DNA of 63,230 nt, counting the filler. It is 13 parts of 13 records of this genome, joined end to end, with 100 filler letters (N's around TTAATTAATTAA, not from the genome) between each part and the next. Parts side by side here need not be neighbours in the genome. Positions count along the whole stretch, not along the records: positions 60,527 to 63,230 come from SRR11831585_1035; 12 more parts are not named here. One strand, written 5' to 3'. A program made the translations under genes and the position numbers. Below the pieces are notes generated by a model. It was not told where the DNA came from. It searched no databases and saw only the letters and a program-made list of their open reading frames with translations. Positions 60,764-63,230 of this stretch are shown in pieces (the stretch's first letter is position 1; each line of letters begins with the position of its first letter).

Positions 60764-62505
60764 GCGTCCGTTCGGTTACCGCTTGCGTCTTCGCTACACG
60801 AAATTGCGCGTGTGCTCGGCCCAGATACATCAGCGCAGAAACTGCAGCTCGGGTTTCATATGTTACTTGACGATGTCGACGAGGTGTGTGTTGAGTGTGT
60901 GTGCGTTGTCGTTCTGCTCGATGCGATATGTCCGTGTGTTGTATGTGTACGGTGTGTGTTTATGTTGTATCGGGATGTGTATGTGTATGCGTCCGGTTTG
61001 TGCGAGTGAGGGTTTGTAAATGTAGGGAAATGATGTGCCGAGTTCTGGTGATGCTTTACAATACTGTGTCTCATGCGAGTGTGTTTGCAGAAAGTCAAAA
61101 AGGCCATGCTGCAACATTTTGCGGATTTTATTGCACAGCTACCGCCGTCGTTGCACGCCACGTATGTGGATTCTGTATTGGAAATTTGTCAGACCCCGCA
61201 GACGGCATGGCGGCCGCGGAAGCTCATGGCGAAGTACGTTTCATGACACCACAAAGAGTATACTTATATATATTCTTATAAATATGTAGTGTACGGCTAG
61301 ATGTATATATGTATGTTTGTGTGTGTTTTGCCAACCATGTGGGGCGGAGCCAGTTCAACCTGTGACATACTTCTTGTTAATGCTGTAACTGTAACTCTGC
61401 ACTGTAGACAATTGCCCAAGTTTGCAAGATTATTTGGCGAACACGTGTGCCCCATTGCGGAGATGCTCATATCGGACAAAGTGGCCGCCGTACGGACCGC
61501 CACTCACCGCGGGGTACGTGTTGTGATGTCTGACGCGCCGTTATCGCACATGATATGTTTTCCCTCACACAATACTGCGTCTCCTGCGTGCATGGGATGG
61601 TATTTTGTGTTCTATCGCGGTGATGGTTGGTTGCTAGTCAACAAGAAGGTAGTGTGGTCACACTTGTATGTCTGCGTTATCCCAGTGTTCGTTTCGTCCG
61701 GAAACCGATTCGTTCGTCACACGCTGGTTGCACTGTATTCTCTTCACTACATAGTCACTTTGTGTGTTGTTGTTTTTCTTTCGCTGATGTTTTTGCACAG
61801 ATTGGCGAGATTCTGTCTACGTCGCCCACCTCTGTAAATTTGCTCCCGGTTGTGATACAACTGGCCTCGTCATCCAGTTCTGCGCACCATCTTATGTACG
61901 TCTTGTGCGGGATGATGGAATGTCAACGCGTTTGCTCGTGTGCGTTGTCTCCTTTCGGCTGCGGCGTGTTTCTTGGCGACATCCACCTACACTATGTGTT
62001 CAATCGTCATTCGCTCGTTTGTGTTCAAACCCGGAATCTGAACTCACACCTTTCTCTGTGTCTCTGTATGTGTGTTCTTTTTGCTGTATGTGCGCATAGA
62101 TTTGTGCAGCAGTGCGAGTTTGTAAAGGCCCAGTCTGCCATCTCTGCGCTTCTTCCCTCATTGCTCACACTGGTCTCGGACCCCGTCTCCAACGTCCGAC
62201 TAGCTGTGGCTCGCGTGTTGCGCTCGTGGTCTGCGTTAGGTACACGCCGCTACTGCTAATAGTTTTGTTTTGATGCGCACGCGCTTGTTGCCTCGAGATG
62301 TGTCGTGCTACGATCTGTCAGGCGAAATGTATGCAAATTTGGGTGCTGATAGGCTGTGTGTGCGTGTGTGTGTGCCCGTGTAGAGTATTTGCCACAACGC
62401 ACGCAAATTGAAGCTGCCTTAACCACTCTTCAGTCGGATTCCGATCGGGATGTTGCCGATGCTGCACTAAATACCGACCCACGGCCGCCACCCGGACGCT
62501 CATAA
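60764..62505 (+). CDS. HEAT-repeat phosphatase scaffold, PP4 regulatory subunit 1-like, 5' partial; exons 60764-60883, 61091-61233, 61408-61513, 61801-61895, 62100-62239, 62384-62505
   Basis: VRLPLASSLHEIARVLG, DDVDEKV, WRPRKLMAKQL, SDKVAAVR, LLTLVSDPVSNVRLAVAR and LQSDSDRDV follow the recalled PP4R1 C-terminal repeat order; all introns GT-AG and frame-consistent. Confidence 0.85.
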
Positions 62506-63230
62506 TCTTGTTCGCGTGTGTGCCTGTGTGCCTGTGTGTGTGAGTTGGTCCGCGGGTCGTATTTTATGAATGTAAACGTGTGGGGATGCGGGAGTTTCGC
62601 GTATGTATTGCGAGGTGTTTGCGGTGTCTCTGCCATTTGATGAGTGATGTGTTACCTAGGCCTAAGGCTTTTGATTATTCATATCTGCACCGATGTAATG
62701 GTTTGTGTGCGTGTCTGGGAGGTTTTTTCTTTTCTTTTTGGTGGGTTGGGTTGGTTGGCGTTGTCGCCGTGTATGTAGGTGCTATTGAGACACATGAGGT
62801 TAACCCCTCTGTTTGGTGTGTGGTGGGATGTGTGGGTGTGCGCACGTGTTTGGCTTGTCGTGTTTGTTTGCTGTTTCTTTTGATTGTTCTTTTTCGGGGG
62901 GGAGGGGGTTGGTGGGGATTCTCGGTTTTGCACAAAAGTCGCGCGATAATATTAGTGACGAAGTTATGCGAGATCAGATATGCGCCAGCATAACACGCGC
63001 TAGTGGTTATGTGGACGTACGATCATAAAAGCGGGAGAATCGTGCGAGGTAGCGTTATGAATAAGTGAGGTTTTTATTTTTTAGGTACACTGCACAATGC
63101 ATACGATAACCCGCGAAATATCACTGTATGCGGACCACAAGCCAACCCCCACGTTACAATAACATCGATATATATACAGGGTGATTTCAGGCTCCGTCGG
63201 CCTGGGACTCTCAACTACATCTTCAAAGAA

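Noticed and set aside
39562-63230. Stop-codon reassignment as an explanation for the broken eukaryotic ORFs
   Set aside because: In the genes I modelled, every in-frame stop falls inside an intron, and TAA, TAG and TGA each end a gene.
63150-63230. Codon-like minus-strand stretch at the window end (FFEDVVESPRPTEPEIT...) and a possible ATG near 46363
   Set aside because: Too short and truncated to support a gene call.

Overview
This window is not one contiguous locus. It holds 13 contigs joined by 100-nt spacers (N44-TTAATTAATTAA-N44, stops in all six frames), and they come from two organisms. Seven contigs are Escherichia coli K-12 core genome: mak-phoA, rlmB-ulaR, yraJ-dolP, tufA-kefB, mtlA-yibH, folE-mglC and dppA. 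They carry the K-12-type 179-aa S7, a wild-type S12, a 723-bp in-frame phoA deletion and a 1-bp frameshift in yjfC, which suggests a DH5alpha-like laboratory or food strain. Six short contigs (39562-51139 and 60527-63230) come from an unidentified intron-rich microbial eukaryote, and the ORF track misses their genes. Splicing by eye recovers a tandem-PAS protein, a secreted glycoside-hydrolase-like protein, a complete 7-exon Rab GTPase, coronin, a complete ERI-family exonuclease, an armadillo protein with five consecutive 126-nt phase-1 exons, two divergent low-complexity proteins around E2F/CHR-like elements, and a PP4R1-like HEAT protein. The most notable signal is a minor-spliceosome (U12-type) AT-AC intron in the Rab gene at 43277-43422, with donor ATATCCTTT, branch point CTCCTTAAC and an AC acceptor. 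This implies the eukaryote retains a functional U11/U12 spliceosome. All identifications rest on reading the sequence and on recalled family motifs; no database search was run.
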